Below, one piece after another: positions 33,689 to 34,926 of a stretch of DNA of 34,926 bases. Below the pieces are notes generated by a model that saw only the letters and a list, made by a program, of their open reading frames with translations, was not told the origin of the DNA and did not search any database. Position 1 is the stretch's first letter; each line of letters begins with the position of its first letter. This stretch comes from a virus (taxonomy: Duplodnaviria > Caudoviricetes): positions 1 through 34,926 of IMG/VR virus record IMGVR_UViG_3300017644_000109, one strand, 5' to 3'. The position numbers and the translations under genes were made by a program.

Positions 33689-34926
33689 AGGCCGTCGAAG
33701 CATTCGGCGTCAAGGCACAGAACGCCATTACCAATCTACGGGACAAGGTGCCGGTGGAGACCGGCCGCTGGAATGATCTGCTTGGACCAGTCCATGGCAC
33801 GGCGTTCACCATTGCCGGGGCACCGCTGGACGTGGTGAAGGATATCCACGCAGCACTGGTGAAAGCCCAGGAAGGCGGCCTGACGCTCGGCCAGTTCCGC
33901 AAGGACTTTGACGCCATCGTCAAGCGTTCGGGGTGGTCCTACAAGGGACAGCGGGGATGGCGGACGGCGGTCATCTACCGCACCAACATGCATTCGGCCT
34001 ACATGGCGGGCCGGTGGCAACAGATCATGGACAACGCGGACCGCCGGCCGTTTCTGGAATACCGCGCGGTCCTCGACGGAAAGACCCGCCCACTGCATCG
34101 CGGATGGCATGGCACGCTGCTTCCTGTGGGGTCTGCCTTCTGGCGCAGCCACTACCCGCCGAACGGCTGGGGTTGCCGCTGCACCGTACGGTCCTGGTCG
34201 GCCGACGAACTGGAGGCGGCCGGCAAAACGGTCAGCTCCGACCCGACTATTCAGCGCCGCCTGGTGACCAACCGGGATGGCGAGGTGACGGACCGGGTGC
34301 CGGTGGGAATTGATCCGGGATGGGACCACAACGTCGGGCAGTCGTGGATTTCGCCGGACGCCGCGCTTGGTCAGAAGCTGGCGAGCCTGCCGGTGCCGAT
34401 GCAGAACGCTGCCATCATGCAATCGGTGGGGTTGGAGTATCGGCAGGCGCTCACGAAACGCTGGCGCGACTGGCTGGACACGCCGGCGACGTCGAAGAAC
34501 GGAGCGATGCCTACCGCACAGGTGGCCGGGTTCATGGAGGCGGAGTTGCCCGAGCTGCTTGCCGAGCAGTTTCCGGCCTATACGCCCGAATCACTGGTTG
34601 TAGTTGCTGAAGCCCGTGCCGGGGAAGCTGCCGCCACTGCCGCCGATCTCGCCGCACTGAAAGCGTGGCCGCGCAACTGGCTGGACCGTGTGCCTGCGCT
34701 GCTTTGGGACTACAAGGCGGTGCTGGTCGATACGTTGGACACCGGCTCGACACCAGTCGTCATCCTCGTGCCGGAGGGCCGCATTGGTGGCAAGGTCCCG
34801 GCGATCCGGCTCCGACTGGACCAAGCGCTGGGCGCCGCACAGCTTGCGGCGCGGCTGGAAGTCGAAACCCTGGACCCCGCCGCGCTGCGCTCGGAGCGAT
34901 TCCGCGTCGTCCGAGGGGACGTTTGA
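33682..34926 (+). CDS. Head morphogenesis protein, Mu gpF-like, with C-terminal extension
   Basis: IYRTN...AY.AGRW, Y.AV.D..TRP.H, FW..HYPPNGWGCRCTV and GIDPGWDHNVG motifs. Confidence 0.92.
   Translation: MVKAVEAFGVKAQNAITNLRDKVPVETGRWNDLLGPVHGTAFTIAGAPLDVVKDIHAALVKAQEGGLTLGQFRKDFDAIVKRSGWSYKGQRGWRTAVIYRTNMHSAYMAGRWQQIMDNADRRPFLEYRAVLDGKTRPLHRGWHGTLLPVGSAFWRSHYPPNGWGCRCTVRSWSADELEAAGKTVSSDPTIQRRLVTNRDGEVTDRVPVGIDPGWDHNVGQSWISPDAALGQKLASLPVPMQNAAIMQSVGLEYRQALTKRWRDWLDTPATSKNGAMPTAQVAGFMEAELPELLAEQFPAYTPESLVVVAEARAGEAAATAADLAALKAWPRNWLDRVPALLWDYKAVLVDTLDTGSTPVVILVPEGRIGGKVPAIRLRLDQALGAAQLAARLEVETLDPAALRSERFRVVRGDV

Larger units (their letters stand above)
1..34926. mobile_element. Mu-like transposable (pro)phage, contractile tail, KS10-like split-head organisation
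   Basis: DDE transposase plus AAA ATPase B, GemA, Mor, gpF, DUF935 portal, gpN-like and Mu-type baseplate genes fill the window. Confidence 0.95.

Overview
Near-complete, GC-rich Mu-like (transposable) myophage or prophage, trimmed to gene boundaries: it starts and ends on stop codons, and no genome ends, gin or mom are visible. Two arms diverge from a central ner-like/repressor switch at about 25.2 kb. The leftward arm carries early genes (DUF3102-like, transposase A, ATPase B, DUF3164, ASCH-like, HU, DUF2786, GemA, Mor/C activator), then protease/scaffold, capsid, neck, contractile tail, baseplate and a short fibre. The rightward arm carries the repressor, three accessory genes, the lysis cassette, terminase, portal and gpF. 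This split head module recalls Burkholderia phage KS10; a betaproteobacterial host is only an inference. Highlights read from the sequence: (1) two intact type II hammerhead ribozymes tightly flanking the DUF2786 gene, predicting a 756-nt self-excised RNA; (2) a RHIM/amyloid-like peptide shared by the repressor C-terminus and the N-terminus of the adjacent ORF6C-like protein; (3) three copies of a palindrome at near-fixed spacing from -10-like hexamers, marking probable late promoters; (4) a candidate central gyrase site, a perfect 26-bp intragenic palindrome and several regulatory hairpins. Family assignments come from motif recognition and synteny, not database searches.
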